DNA of 64,000 nucleotides from Cycas panzhihuaensis (lineage: Eukaryota > Plantae > Cycadophyta), in NCBI GenBank assembly GCA_023213395.1, contig CM041465.1, forward strand, positions 130,393,741-130,457,740, in the 5' to 3' direction. The notes below the pieces were generated by a model. That model saw only the letters and a list, made by a program, of their open reading frames with translations. It was not told the DNA's origin and made no database searches. The translations under genes and the position numbers were made by a program. Position 1 is the first letter of the stretch, and every line of letters starts with the position of its first letter. Positions 12,986-28,200 of the stretch are shown here, piece after piece.

Positions 12986-15900
12986 CAACCTTCATTGCCA
13001 CATTGTCAGCAGGACTTAAAGAAGGAGATACATCGTACATAGATTTGGGAGCATCGCGACACATGACCAACCACGAAGATTGGTTTGAAACCTTGAAGCC
13101 CTATAGCTTCAACAAATCAATTGAATTGGGAGACAAATACCCACTTAACATAAAAGGGGTAGGTACCCTTGTAATTAAATTACATGGAGATGTAAAGAAA
13201 ATTGGAAATGTGTTGCTAGTTCCTGACCTAAAAATGAATCTTCTGTCTGTTTTGTAACTTAGTAAGAAAAGACTAAGGACAATGTTTGACAAAGAAGGTT
13301 ATTGTCACATTTTAGATATGAAAAATAATGGGAATCCAATAGCCAAGGGGATAAGATATGATAATATGTACAAACTGATATAAGATCTTGTGACTCCCAA
13401 TTTGAACATGAAAGTCTGCACTGTTGCAAATTCTGATAATAAAATGTGGCATTTGAAGTATGGACATCTTCCCATAAACACTTTAAAATTGATGGAAAAA
13501 TCAAGAATGGTAAATGGGTTACCTCACCTCTCCTCTGATGATTTCTTTTGTAAAGGTTGTCAATTTGGCAAACAACATCTACTTCCTTTCAAAGAAAGTG
13601 AATGACGAGCTCAATCCAGGCTAGAATTAGTTCACACTGATCTTTATGGTCCACTCACACCACTATCAATCAATGGTTGCAGATATTTTATCACTTTCAT
13701 TGATGACTTCACTTGTAAGGTATGGGTGTACTTCTTCATAACAAATTGGAAGTTTTTGAAGCCTTCAAGGAATTTAAAGCAGAAGCAAAACTAGAATCAG
13801 AATCAAAGATAAAATGCATTAGGTCAGATGGTGGTGGTGAATACATCTCAAAGGAGTTCCTGAACTTCTACAAGTTGAATGGGATACACAAACAATTCAC
13901 AACTCCTCAGACACCTCAGTCCAACGGAGTTGCCGAAAGGAAAAATATAACTCTAATGGAGATGGGACGCAACATGTTATACAGATAACAAGTTACCAAA
14001 TCAGATTGGGTAGAAGTTGTAAGTATTGCCTGCTACCTAATAAATCGAAGTCCAACAAGAGCATTGGAGAACATCACTCTTGAAGAAGCATGGTCAGGTA
14101 AGAAACCCAATGTCAGTTCTCTCAAAATTTTTGGTAGCCAAGCTTTTGTTCATATACCTGATAAAAGGAGGTCGAAACTTGATGCAAAAATCATAGAATG
14201 TATTATGATAATAGGGTATAGTAAAAATTCAAAGGCTTACAAATGCATAGATCCAGAAACAAATAAGATCTATGTAAGTAGAGATGTTGTCTTCAATGAA
14301 GAAGATAATCAGGAAGTACAGTCACAAATACAAATAGTTGAAGCTGAGGCAAAGAAATCAGAACCTGAAACTATCCTAGAAGAAGTTTCAGAAATCACTA
14401 CAGAAGAAATGCCATTAATAGAATCGTCTTCTCACATAGAGACAACAGAAGGAGAAAGCTCATCTACAGATCAACCAGCATAAGAATTAGAGGTCAAAAA
14501 AGAAAAAGAACTACCAAAATGGCTCATCAGAATAATTGAAGAAGGCAAAGGAGATGTGTTCGAACACAAAACAAGAAGTCAAAAGCCCAAAGCACTACTG
14601 AGTAGAGTTGAACCACAATCATTCCAAGAGGCCAGACACCAATCAAAATGGAGATTAGCAATGGATTCTGAAATGGACTCGATAATCAAAAATCAAACAT
14701 GGGAATTGGTAGAACTACCTCCAAATAAACTAGTGGTCAATTGCAAATGGGTCTTCAAAATCAAAGAAGGAGCAAATGGAAAAGTGGAAAAATACAAAGC
14801 TCGCCTTGTTGCAAAAGGATATACACAATCAACAGGTGTTGATTTTGAAGAGACCTTCTCTCCCGTGGCCAAAATGGATACGGTAAGGACAATTATTGCC
14901 TTGGTAGCTTTGAATAATTGGAAAATTTTTCAGTTTGATGTAAAAGTGCTTTCCTAAATGGAGAACTAGAAGAGGAAGTTTACATGGCACAACCCAAGGG
15001 GTACATCAAAGAAGGCTAAGAACATTTAGTATGTAAATTGAAAAAGGCTTTGTATGGGCTAAAGCAAGCTCCTCGAGCCTGGTATGCTAAACTAGATCAG
15101 CATCTATGTCAAAATGGGTTCCAAAGATGTAGCTCTAACTCAAGTTTATACACAAGGAAAAGAAATGGACTAATCACAGTTATTGTTGTTTATGTGGATG
15201 ATATGATTCTTACAAGAAATGATGAAGAATCAATCATGAGCATAAAAAGAGAACTCGAAAAGAAATTTGAAATGACAAATTTAGGCCTCGTAAACTATTA
15301 TTTGGGACTAGAAGTAGATCAACAACAGAATTGTATTTCTCTATCTCAGAGAAAATACATAAAGGATCTGCTAATAAAATTCTAGATGGCAGATTGCAAT
15401 CCTTGTGCAACCCCCATGGAAGTCAATTGTAACGTAGTAGCAGACAAAGAAGAACAAGCATCAGATGCTACATTGTACAGGCAACTTATCAGAAGTTTGA
15501 TATATCTTATAACCACTAGGCTAGATATATCATATTTAGTAGGATTGGTCTCGAAGTATATGCAAGGACCCAAAGCAAGACATTGGAAAGCAGCTAGAAG
15601 AATATTGAGATAGTTTCAAGGTACGAAGGATCTAGAATTGGTTTATACCAAAGGACCAACAACTTTGATAGGATACTGTGATTTAGACTGGGCAGGAGAT
15701 AAAGAACAAAGGAAGTCCACAAGTGGATATTGCTTCTTCCTGGGATCAACTGCAATTTCTTGGTGTAGCAAGAAACAACCTACAATTGTGCTTTCATCAA
15801 TTGAAGTTAAATACAAGGCTGTTGTAACTACAACATATGAAGCAGTTTGGCTACAACAACTTCTAGCTAAAGTAGAACAACAACATGATCAAGCAACAAT

Positions 15901-16368
15901 TCTATATTGTGACAATCAAAGTGTCGTTCAGTTAACCAAGAATCCGATTCTACATGCCAGAACAAAGCATATAGAAGTACACCATCACTTTATAAGAGAA
16001 AAAGTTCACAAGAAGGAAATTGAATTGGAATATTGTCCTACCATAGAACAAATAACAGACTTGATGACAAAATCTCTTGGAAAGGATAGGTTTCAAATTT
16101 TAAGAAATAAAATAAGACTAAAAGAGATAAAACATTAAGAGAGGGTGTTAGGGTATAATGTTTTATTCTAAGTAAATAAAAGGGTAATGTTGCACACCCT
16201 CATTTAGTAACTGACATTAGATATTGTGACACATGTCACCTCAAGAAAAGTCAGTTACAAATTAAGTTATAATGGCCATAACTTTGATGTATAATTATAA
16301 AGACCAAGTCTCCAAAGGAATACAAGTCCTTCTGTTTATTCCCAAATACATTCTTGTTTGTTTTAACA
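11119..16368 (+). mobile_element. Decayed Ty1/copia element C with 223-bp LTRs (11119-11341, 16146-16368), inserted in the leader of B
   Basis: TSD TATTT/AATTT, PBS TGGTATTAGAGC, PPT AGAGAGGG. Gag with two zinc knuckles, PR (IDLGASRHMT), INT, RT, RH. About 12 LTR differences counted by eye. Confidence 0.96.
12931..12984 (+). repeat. (GAA)n microsatellite encoding poly-Glu between the gag zinc knuckle and the protease of element C
   Basis: About 18 GAA/GAG triplets, in frame with ORF 12817-13257. Confidence 0.95.
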
Positions 16369-16438
16369 AATTTGAGAGTGTGACCCCCATATCTCAGCCA
16401 TATGCATAATTTGAGCCCGTATATGTGTGTTAGGAGTT

Positions 16439-16530
16439 GGTTGGGCTGCTTTTGTGCTGATTTGGCGCTCTTAAGAGGTGGTTGGGCATGTTTTGTGCTG
16501 ATTTGGCGCTCTTAAGAGTCGGTTGGGTGC
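16439..16530 (+). repeat. ~41-bp tandem duplication in the leader of element B
   Basis: TTTTGTGCTGATTTGGCGCTCTTAAGAG occurs twice, plus a degenerate third GGTTGGG unit. Confidence 0.85.
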
Positions 16531-19500
16531 TTGTTTATGTTGGTTGGGCGAGTTATAGCGTTGGCTAGGCAATGTATTAGCATCCTTACCAGCTAGAAGT
16601 TAGCCGCAAATCAAGTTTAGAGGCCAATTGGTCTGTGTGTTAAGGCACAGGTCTGGTTTGACGTGGGCAGGTCTGCACGGACTGATTTGTTGATATCATG
16701 ATAGCCACATCTTATTCTTCACTTTGGGAGATTTGAAAGGTTAATTTTTGATAAAATTTAACCTTTGCTACCTTAATTTGGTATTTAGCATATGTGATTA
16801 ATGTTATTTACCATGTGCGTTAAGTGAAAAAGGCGCAGGTCATATTAGAAAGTTGTGACTTTTGGAATATGCCTTTTGGCATATTCTTCTTATAATTCAA
16901 CATTATAAAAGGACCCTTATACCATTGATTTATTATATTATTGTATAGTGTGAAGTACTTTGTATATATTTGGAGCATTCTTGGCCCGTTTTGAGTGAGG
17001 ATCATGGAGATTTTTTGTGAGTTTGACTTGGAGATCGTACATTACTGCCTTGTGGAGTCGTCGTCTGTTATTGCAGCACCTTTTTAAGTGTCTCAAGGGT
17101 TGCTTTGAGTATATTTAAGGACATTTTTTGGCCATTTGAGAAGGGAAAACAGTCAGTGGGCCGCCTAGAGCATGCATAGTCGATGTTTGGAGTACCTCCA
17201 AAGTATGTGTCTGAGCCAGAGGAGGACACAATGGTGCTTTTTTGTCTAGGAGACAATCGTTTTGGTGTCGTTTGTCATGTATTGAAGCCTGTTTCTCGAG
17301 ATGGAGTGCATTATGCCCAAGGTTATCTTCAATGGTAACAATTTCAGCAAGTGGAAGGCCAATATGGAGCTTATTTTGATGGTAAATCAACTTTGGGTTA
17401 TCACTAAGGCTAAGGTGGACGCGATTCCATTAGACCATAAAGAGCGTGTTCGACTCGAAGAGAAGAAATTCATGGCTATGGGATTGTTGAAACTATCACT
17501 AGTGCTAGACCAGAGAGCCTTGGTTTACAATCTAGATGAACCAAATGAAATTTGGACAAAACTGTGTGATACCTTTGAGAAGAAGAAGAGAATAGATGTC
17601 TTGCTCTGATGTTGTAGTTACTCAATTCGCGTGTGGAAGATGAGAACAACATCAACTCCTACATGAACAAGATCACAGACTTGAAGAATAAGCTAGAAGA
17701 ACTATAGCAGAACTCGATCGATGATGCCTTGCTGTTCGTAATAATCATGTTGAAGCTGCCAGCTACATTCACCACTTTCCAGACCATTTATGGTAGAGAT
17801 GAGGTGATGGAGGCAAAAACTTTTGATGGGCTTGAAAACCTAATTCTAGCAGAGGATGCCAAACTAAAACATCACGGAATGCTTGGAGGTCCTGAAGCAA
17901 GTCAAGTCCTAGCCATGAAAACTCAGAGGAAGGAGACTATCAAGCAGGAGAAGATCACATAGAGGTCAAGAGAAAGTTCATAGGAGAAGAACAAGTTCAA
18001 TGGAAAATGTAATTACTTTAAGAAGGATGGTCACAAAGAGAAGAACTATTGGTTCAAGAGACGTGAGAAGCGCAAAGTTAGCCAGGATGATAAAGGAAAG
18101 AGTGTTGTTGCTCATTACATCTGATCAAAAACCTTATCAGCCGAGTTAGATCAGAGAGATTACTGGGTGCTTGACTCTAGAACCTAGAAGCATATCTCTT
18201 ACCAGAAGCATAACTTTGATACGGTGAACAAAAATCATAGTGATGCAGAAATTGTCGTTGGAGATGCTCGCATTTTGCGAGTGGAAGGTATTGACGAAGT
18301 ATCCATTATAGGTGGTAAATTTATCAGGGTATACTATGTACCCAAGATGTAGTTGAACCTTCTTTTAGCCTGGGAAATCTGCAAACAAGGTATGAAAGTG
18401 GATCTTTACAATGATAAGTGCTTGATTAAGGATCCGAAGTAGAACTTCTGAGTCATTGCTACTAGAAAAGTTAGGGACAACTTCTAAGTGTTTGAGAAAT
18501 TTCAATCTCAGAAGAAGTCTTATGCCTTTGTTGCCAGCGCTGATGACGTGAGTAAACTTTGGCACAATCGCCTAGGACACCTTAACTATAGGAGCATCAC
18601 AATGCTAAAGAGGTTGAAGATGGTAGAAGGATTGCCATCAGTTTCTTGCTCAGATGGTGTCTGTGAAGGGTGTATGTATGGCGAGCATCACCACTACCCT
18701 TTTGCTTGGGATAATGCCTGGAGAGCCAAAGAGAAGTTGAAGCTTGTGCATTTAGATATAATGGGACCGCTTCCAAACCCTTAAATATCAGGAGCATGTT
18801 ACACCCTTATGTTTGTAGATGATTACACTAGGAAGGCCTGGGTATACTTTCTCAAAAACAAACCAGATGTGTTTGATCGCTTCCGTGATTAGAAAGCGAT
18901 GGTGGAAAACGAAAGTGATAAGAAGATTAAGTCTTTAAGAAGTGATAATGGCAAGGAATACGACAATCATACATTTAATCAGTTCTGTCACAATCATGGT
19001 ATTAAGTGAGAATTTACGGTCCCGTATACCCCATAACAGAATAGAGTTGTTGAAAGAAAGAACCGTACCATGATGGAGATGGGCGAGGTGTATGGTGCAC
19101 GCTAAAAACCTACCACCAATGTTTTGGGTAGAGGTTGTAGTGACTGTTGTGTATATTTTGAACGGGGTACCCACTCAAACAGCTCGTGGCATGACCCCTA
19201 AAGAGAAACAGACCGGTCAGAAGCCTTTCATTAGCCATTTGAGAACCTTTGGGTGTATTGGATACACCCACATCCCAGATGATACTCACAATAAGTTGGA
19301 TTGGAAGAGTTTGAAGTGTATATTCGTGGGATATTGTGATCAAAATAAAGCTTACAAACTATGGAATCCATAGGAGAAGAAGATTTTGGTTAGTCAGGAT
19401 GTAAAATTTGATGAGTCATCAACATGTCATGTTGATAGATCATCAAAAGAGCCCTTTTACCCCCCCTACTCCCATTCCCAGATTCATCAAGCGAAGAGGA

Positions 19501-22181
19501 CAATGAGCCAGTCACTAGAATTCATGAGGAAGCAGGACCAAGTGAGACGAGTAATAGTGAGAAGTTGTCGTGAGAAGTACCTCCAGCAATGGGTCCTTCT
19601 ATACCATTATGGGCAAGGAAGACTATTGAAGATTCTGGTGTGGGTGATGCATACACTTGCTCATGATAGAAGAACAAGAAATCAACATGCCAGTTGAACC
19701 CTGCTAGTAGACACCAACAACTCTAATGATCTCAATTGGTTTGATGAGGCAAAAGGAGATCCACGATGGAGAGCTGCGATGGAGGAAGAGTACGGTTCGC
19801 TAATGAAGAACAATACATGGGATTTTGTTCCGCTTTTCCCAATAAAGAACCTTGTTAGATGCAAGTGGGTCTATAAGATGAAGTTTCGCTCCGATGGAGA
19901 GGTGGACAAGTACAAGGCTAGACTTGTTACTCAAGGTTTCAAGTAAAAAGAAGGAATTGACTATGAGGAGACGTTTGCACCAGTCTCGAAAATGATGACG
20001 GTCTGATTGATCATTCCTTAGCATTTGCTTATGGTTGGGAGTTACACCAGATGGACGTCAAGTTTGCATTCCTTAATGGAGATCTAAAGGAGGAGATTTA
20101 CATGTTGCAGCCTCTAGGATGCATTAAGGAAGGCCAGGAGCATCTTGTTTGCCGGTTGAGGAAATCGATCTATGGCCTAAAACAAGCACCCTGTGCTTGG
20201 TATGAGAAAATGGATGCCAAGTTGAAAGCTGAAGGTTTCAAGATTTCAGAACTTGACCCGAATTTGTATGTAAAAAGGAAGGGGACTTCAATAGTTGCTT
20301 GTGTGTTGTATGTGGATGATTTAATCATTAGCGATAACTGTGGCAAGACTATAGCAGAAGTCAAGTCCAATTTGGGAGTTTCTGTTGACATGATAGATCT
20401 CGAGAGACTTCACTATTTCTTGGGAATTCAGATCAAGCAGATGGATGATCGAATTGTGTTGTTCCAGTCGCAGTATATGAAGAACCTACTAGAAAAGTTT
20501 GGGATGCAGAATTGCAAACCTATTGCAACACCATGTGTAAAGGGCATAAGGTTGCAGAAGGATATGGCCAAATCCTCTGTAGATGGAGCAAAGTATCACT
20601 AGTTGCAAAGCAAATTCTGAAATACCTGAAGGGGACAATCAATCTTGGTCTCAAATACTGTCGAGGTGAGGAGACATGGCAACACGAATGCTGATTGGGG
20701 AGGAGACTCTAATGATTGGAAGTCCACTACTAGATACATATTTGGTGTCAGTAATGGATTTGTTTCATGGCAGTCAAAGAAGCAACAAATAGTGGTATTG
20801 TCTTCTACAGAGGTTGAATACCAAGGACTCAGTGCTGGTGTGAAGGAAGCAATATGGTTGTAAAGTCTCTTAGAGTTTCCAATGGACATCCAATTATCTT
20901 TGTTGATAATCAAAGTACCATTTGTCTATCAAAGAATCTAGAGTTTCATGTGTGTATAAAGCATATCAAGATTCAATACCACTACATCCGTGAATAGATC
21001 AAGTCAAGGACGCTGCAGGTCGACTACAGTTCGAGTGAATTCCAACTTGTGGATGTGTTCACCAAGCCACTCACTGAAGATGAATTCATGAAGATGTGTA
21101 CCAGATTAGGAATTACCAATGTTATCCTTAAGGGAGGATGTATCAACAAAGATAAAGAAGCTACAGGATAGTCCTAGCCTTCGTGATAACACAACTGTTG
21201 CAGGATTCAGGCTCCTTACATTCACATTAAGGGGGGATGTTAACGTGGTAATTGTTTGTTAAGCCACTAAGTTAATGTTAATGTAGTTTAACTAATGGTG
21301 ATTAGCGAAAAGGTGCAAAAAATTTGGAGGGTCATAACCCTAGTTGGGTGACACCTCTTGAAAGAATATAAAAGCTTTAAGCCCTTGTGTATTCAGTGTA
21401 TCAAGTCTCAAATTATTGTGGAATAATCAATGTGATCTAGAAGGATCTTTTGTGGTGGGTTTGTTTTTTCATGAAAGGGTTTTCCCACGTAAATCTTGTG
21501 TACTGTGCATCTGTATCCTATGTGTATTTTCTTTGCTTGCTATGTATGGTTAAAGATTCTGTGGATGGGAACATACCTGTATGATTTCATGTTCCTGAAC
21601 ACTAGCGACAAGATTTGCTTGGATTCAAATTATCTGTTGGAAAGGACTCTGAATAAAAATAATACACAGCAAGTGATAACAATACAACAATAAATGAATG
21701 ATAAAGAGGCTGCTCAAGTTGCTAAGTAAATGAGGAATGAATGCGCAAAATATCACCAGATATAGGGTAATGAAATCTCAGTTAAGCACAGGATAGGAGC
21801 CGAAATAATGCTCCCTTTTCAAGTCGAGGTAGTCTCCAAATACTGCTACCCAAAGGCCGAAGTAATGCTACCTTAAAGGCCAAAAATATCTTGCTAAACC
21901 AGCGCTAGATTGGTTGGGAATGAAGCCCCTGGGTCCCTTATATAGTTGGATTCTACCTCCATATAGAGGTCAGCCAAGGCAGGGTGAAATACTGACTTGA
22001 ATAACACATATAAGTCAGCCAAAACAATGCTTCTAAGTCGGCCAAGATTGAGTAATTTGGTTTACTACATGCCCCACCCCTCGAAAACATGCTTTTCCCT
22101 CAAAGCATGGTAAATTGGGATGTTGTTGCATCCATGCTTTAGACTCCCAAGTCGCATCCTTTATATCTAGAGTCTTTCTTT

Positions 22182-22245
22182 TAGAGCATAGTTCTCTCAT
22201 CCTTGTCTCTCATTCTTCTAGAGCATAGTTCTCTCATCCTTGTCT
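22182..22245. repeat. 27-bp direct repeat disrupting the chromodomain region
   Basis: TAGAGCATAGTTCTCTCATCCTTGTCT occurs twice, about 37 bp apart. Confidence 0.85.
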
Positions 22246-25200
22246 GTAAAATCCCTCTAGGTTCAATAGTCATCTTCCCCTCTTCGTCTAATTCTAGACT
22301 TGTTGTTTGAGGAGTTATCTTCTCACCTATCTTCTTTTTCAAATAGGACACATGGAAGACGTTGTGAATTTTGCTTTATGGGTTTAGCGATATGCTACTT
22401 TCCCGATCTTTTCTCTAACTTGGTATGGTCTGTAAAACAACGGTGCTAATTTCTATTTGTTCATTTGCCATATAGATACTTGTTTATAAGGTTGAAGTCT
22501 GAGAAAGACCTAATCCCCTACTTTAAAACTCCTCTCTGTTCTTTTTGCATCCGCTTGTTGTTTCGTCCTATTCCTTGTGGTATTTAGATTATCTTTTAAT
22601 ATTTGTATTGTTCACTCTACCTACTCTTGTTGTTCACAGACTGGTTGAACCTGTGATACTTTTGTCTAGGCAAATATAGATGGGGGTTCATATCTATATA
22701 ATGCTTGGAATGGCATCATTTTAGCTGACATATGGTATGTGGTATTATACCTCCATTTTGCTAATTGGAGCCACTTATGCCATTGGTTTTGTTTGTATGA
22801 GGAGAAGTTTTGCAAGTATCCTTCCAAACACTTGTTTACTGCCTCAGTTTGCCCATCCATTTATGGGTGAAAAGTAGTACTCATATGTAATCTTCTTCTT
22901 GCCAACTTGAACAGATCTTGCCAAAAATGGCTGGTAAATTTTGGGTCTCTGACTTGCCTTTTGTCATAGTTTGCGTCTCCCTAAAGTACGCATATTTCAT
23001 AAGTTTGCCTGCTACTACAAAAATAGCATCCTTTCCTTCTGATCGTGGGAGCCTTGTAATGAAATCCATAGAAATTTCTTCCCATTTTTGGGTTGGGATA
23101 TGTATAGGTTATAACAATCTCGGTCTTTCACACATTTGCCTTTGTTACATTGACAAATGTCACATTCTGATATCCTTTTTAGGATATTTGTTTTCATTCC
23201 CTTCCAGTAGAAAGAATTCCTTATTTTTTGGTAGTTTTTGTCAATTCTTGTGCATCCTCCTGTAGATGCTGAATGAGTCTCACCTACTAAGACCTCCTTT
23301 ACTTTGGACGTTGTTGGGACAAATATCTTTTCTTTTCATAGAATCAAATCTCCATGCAAATCACACTTCGACTTCTTTTGGATCCGTTTATCTTCTAACA
23401 CTTTCTATGAGAATGGGTTGCCCTTGTATTCTATAATCAAATTCCTAAGTCCAAATAAGGGTTGCTACTGTTACTACCTTGAGAGATATTTCCCCATTGT
23501 TCTCCTCAAGTAGCCTTGACAAGGCGTCTGCTATGACATTCTCCTTTCCTTTTTTGTATTCAATACTGAAATCGAATGTCTGTAGCTTACTCACCCATTT
23601 TTGTTGTTTGTTCGATAACATTTTCTAATTTAAGAAGTATTTTAGGCTTTCGTAATCTATTCAAACTATGAATTTGTTTCCGAGTAGATATTACATCCAT
23701 TGCTGAATCACATGCATAATTGCCAACATCGTTTTGTCATATATTGGTTTTAACTTCTCTCTGTTGTTCAGCTTCCTACTTTCATATGCTATCGGCCGAC
23801 CCTCTTGTATTAGAACAACTCCAATCCCAAATCCAAAAGTATTGAATTCTAAGGTAAATGGTTGAGAAGAGTCTAGTATTTCTAGAACCAGTGTTGTAAC
23901 CATTGCTCTTCGGAGGTCTTCGAAGGCTTTCTCTACTAATGGGTTCCATCTGAATGCATCCTTCTTCGCAAGATTTGTCAGTGGTGCTGCAATATGGGCG
24001 TATCCCTTAATAAACTTCAAAGGAACCCTGCTATTCCTAAAAAGCTTCTTATCCCTGTCATATTCTTTGGCATTGGCCAACTGACAACAGCTTGTGTCTT
24101 CTTCGGATCTATCTTGATTCATTCCCTGGTAATTGCATGCCCTAGATATTCCAACTCTTCTTTTGCAAAGGTGCATTTCCTCATGTTCACATATAATTGG
24201 TGTTTTCCAAGATCACTAAAATTGCCCAGATATGGTCTAAGTGTTCTTCGCAAGTTTTGTTGTATATCAAGATATCATCAAAAAAGACTAGTATAAATTT
24301 CTGTAATAGTGGTTTGGGTATTGCATTCATGGTACTTTGGAATGTAGCTAGGGCATTCGTCAATCTGAACGACATAACTTTGAACTCAAACAGCCCCTCA
24401 CGGGTGCAGAAAGCTATTTTGTAAATGTTCTCTTCTTTGACACGGATGTGATAGTACCCAGATTTGAGATTGATCTTCGTGAAATATCTTGCTCCATGAA
24501 TCTCGTCAAGCAAATCGTCTATCCTAGGGATGGAATAATGATTCTTTACTACCATTTCATTTAATCCTCGATAGTCTACATACATCATGTAGGATCCATC
24601 TTTTTTGGGGTTGACCACCACTGGTGATGCAAACAAGCTTGTACTATTTGCTATTTATCCCTATGCTAGGAGTTCCCTTGTGATATTTTCAATCTCCTTT
24701 CTCAAGTGATAGGGGTGTTTGTATGGCCGTATGTTTACCGATGTTGCTCCTGATACCATCTCAATAGCGTGTTGATGTTCGTGTTGGGGAGGGAGCCCTT
24801 GAGGTTCCTTAAATACTAAATTGTGCTCATTTAAGATTTCTTGTACTTCGAGTGGCACATCTTCTACTGCTATTTTATAGCATGTTAATATGTACATCGA
24901 AGGATTTTCTTCAGTATTTTCTCCATCTAGTACGAGGATACCAACTATATCGGTGGTGAAGTGGGTGCTTGAAGCTTGTACTTTTGTCCTTTCTAGTAAA
25001 AGCACATGAATTGTGTCATATAGTTTGTAACTATATTCCCTAATGTTTGTAACCATTGAATGCCTAAGACTGCATCCATGCCTCCAATCAGCATCGCAAA
25101 CATGCATGTGGTTATTGAATAATCCTTGATTTGTAAATTTATGGACTTGTAATACCCTCCATATGGGGAAGTTTTTCCATTTACAATGGACACTTGGAAT

Positions 25201-28200
25201 GTATTTAATGGTTGGATTGCGAATCCCAACTTCTTCGCTATGGCTCGGTTGATAAAGTTATGGCTACCACCACTATCTACTAGAATTGCCACCAAAGCTC
25301 CTTTATCATCCATTGGAACCTAAGGGTTTGAGGCGTAACTTGCTGCCTTATAATGGCTTGTAAGGAAATTCGCACGTTCTCAATATCCACTTCCAAAAGT
25401 TGGTCTACTTCGACTTCTTCTTTTGGAGTTTGCTCAATCTCTTCTTCTTCTGGGATTTCTCCATCTTTGTTGCTAATTATGAACACCCTTTTTACTAGGC
25501 ACTAGTGTTCTCGATTCCATTTTCCCCCCCACTTGAAGCATGTCCCCTTTTCGAGATGTTCATCTCTTGATATTCTATTCATATCACTTGAATTTCGTAC
25601 TACTAATTGTGGGTACACGTTTGTACTTGACTTTATCCAATTTGGGTTTGACCCTTAGTACCGATATGTATATGGCTCATATCTGTGCGTAAGTTTTGGT
25701 TGACTCTCCTTGAATTCTGCTTCGATGTTTTTGGCCAATTTAATCACGTGTTGAATATTTATTGGACTCATGGACTTGATGCAGAACCTAATTGGTCCCT
25801 TTAAGCCACTGATGTAAGTTTCCATGAGACATTTTGCCGGTATTCTCTTTGAAACAAGATATGGAAGTCCCTGAAATTGCTCTGTGTATTTTTGTATTGA
25901 TCCTATTTGTTATAGTTGCATTAGTTGGGCAAAGTAGTCTATGTTCCATGAGTCTTCGTACTGATTAATCAAGCCTCTTTACAAATAGTCCCAAGATCCT
26001 TGGACCCTTGCATTGATCTTCTTCAAAACCATTGTAATGCTCTTCCATATAAGTGAAGTGTTGTTGTTTAGATCTTATCCTTGTCGTCTAATCCATAAAC
26101 CTTGAAATATGTCTCTGTCTATAGTAACCAGCTTTTGATATCCCTTCATCTATCTAGATCAAACTTTTCCAATGAAAGTATAGTTGCTCTGAGTCCATGA
26201 TCTGTCTATGTGTTTTTTGGTCCTCTTCTCTCAAATGTTATCCCTTTGTATTTGTTGGGATTTTCTTTGTTGGTCGGTTCATCCAGGGTGTCATATTTCC
26301 CTAACATCTTTATGCCCAATGAAGCTCCTTCTTCCATGGTTATCCCAGATCTACAAAACTGAGTCTCTTTGAAGGTTTTTATCCACCCTCTTATTTGCTC
26401 TGCAAGACTTTTTATGTTGTTGTTCAATTCATCTAGCTTCTTATATGTCCCCTCAGTCTAATTTGGGGCCTAATTCACCATCTTGTTGGTGAGGCTTTTT
26501 TTCAACCTAGGTTTCGTCTCTTGGGGGTGGCGAGGGGGGGTGAATTTGATTACTGATTTTTATCTCTTCCCTTTGAATTCCTGCTTCGAAACGAAGCTCT
26601 GATACTGCTTGTAGTAACAAGATTCCCTTGGATTCGAATTATCTATTGGAAAGGACTCTGAATAAAAATAATACATAACAAGTGATAACAAAATATGATA
26701 ACAATACAACAATAAATGAATGAGAAAGGGGGTTGCCTAAGTCGCTAAGTAAACGAGGAATGAATGAGCAAAATATCACCAAATATAGGGTAATGAAATC
26801 TTAGTTAAGCACAATATAGGAGTCGAGATAATGCTCCCTCTTCGAGGCGAGGTAGCCTCCAAATACTGTTGCCTAAAGAGTCAAAGTACTACTGCCTTAA
26901 AGTCTGAAAATATCTTGCCAAACCAACATTAGCTTGGTTGGGAATCAAGCCCTTGGGTCTCTTATATAGTTGGATTCTGCCTCCATATATAGATCAGCCA
27001 AGACAGGGTGAAATACTGGCTTGAATAACACATTTAAGTCGGCTAGAATAATGCTTCTAAGTTGGCCAAGACTAAGTAATTTGGTTTACAACAAGCTCCT
27101 CTTAATGATCAGAATGAACACACCTCCAAGTCTTGGACCTTTCTTAAGTTCTCAAGTGGTGTGTGTACATATTTATATCAATATTCATCTCATGAGTAGC
27201 CTATCATGTTTCTTGAGCCTTTACATCATCCAAGAGGATTTTTACATGGACATGTGTGCATCTCACATATCTCAATGTATGTGAATGGTGGGATTGTGTA
27301 TGTGTTCATTACACTAACATTAAACATTACATATGTGATTAAATCACATATTCCAACATTCCCCCTTAATGTTTAATGTCTTTAAATTTTTGTCTTCAAG
27401 TCTTCATCCCTTGGTCTTCAACCTATATGTTGAATCCTGTATCTTGTATTTGTATCTATGTCATGTTGCATCACTTGTAACCTATAATCTATCATATCAT
27501 CTATATCTGTCATTTATCATGCTTGTCTCCTACAAGCATTAACCTGCATAAAACCTGTAATCATCAACCTGTATCAACCTATTTGTAGTAAACCTATAGT
27601 CATCTGTGTACCTTAGTGACTAACTATGAACAACCAACCTGTAAATATGAACCCTTGTTATTCACCATTATATGAAATGTTTTCCTAAACATTTTCATAT
27701 CTTCACTTGTAAAGCTACTTTCAAACATCATCAATCAATCAACCAATCATCAAATTAACAAACAAACAAATTGATTTTTAAGTCCATATAAAACAATAAC
27801 CATCTACTAAAATACATAGATAACCACTCTGGGTAATTGTTTTAGATACATGGTTTATCAGCTTTCAAATTGCTTGTACAAGAGTAGCATAATCTCGCCT
27901 CTTGCGTACAAGCTAGAACAACACAATCGAGTGTGTTGTGCAAGAGTAGCTTGTCAAATCTTTACTTGCCTCTTGCGAACAATATTTATTTTGTATGCTT
28001 CCTTACTTGCACATTTTTGCAGCTTTCTTTTGGCATCCATTTATCACTTCATCGACAAATCACTCACCCAAAACAACTAACTCTGAGAACAAGTCAAACT
28101 ATTTGGCCAAGACAAGTTAGATGTAGTAAGGTAGCATTAACAATGTATTTCCATACCTCTTGTCATACATGGCTAGTTAGATTTTTCACTAACAAACACT

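Larger units (their letters stand above)
10198..21601 (+). mobile_element. Decayed Ty1/copia element B, same family as A (LTRs 10198-10556 and 21238-21601)
   Basis: TSD GTAGC/CTAGC, PBS TGGTATCAGAGT at 10557, PPT AAGGGGGGA. Gag from 17301 (MECIMPKVIFNGNNF); RT 20051-20602. Confidence 0.95.
10192..27093 (-). mobile_element. Decayed Ty3/gypsy chromovirus (Reina-like) inserted in the L1 LTR. 5' LTR 26610-27093; 3' LTR 10192-10197 plus 21607-22069
   Basis: TSD AGCTC (10187-10191, 27094-27098). Minus ORFs: PR (ILVDSGGSHNFI), RT (KKDGSY..YRGLN, FFDDILIY), RH, INT (DGQTEAVNKCLEGYL) and chromodomain remnant DATWES ending at the PPT. PBS-like GTATCAGAGC at ~26596-26607. Confidence 0.93.

Noticed and set aside
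12626-13042. ORF with a poly-Lys tract
   Set aside because: Alternative frame of the (GAA)n microsatellite in gag.
20590-20610. ~120-bp deletion in the RT of B relative to A
   Set aside because: Ordinary decay deletion; not informative.
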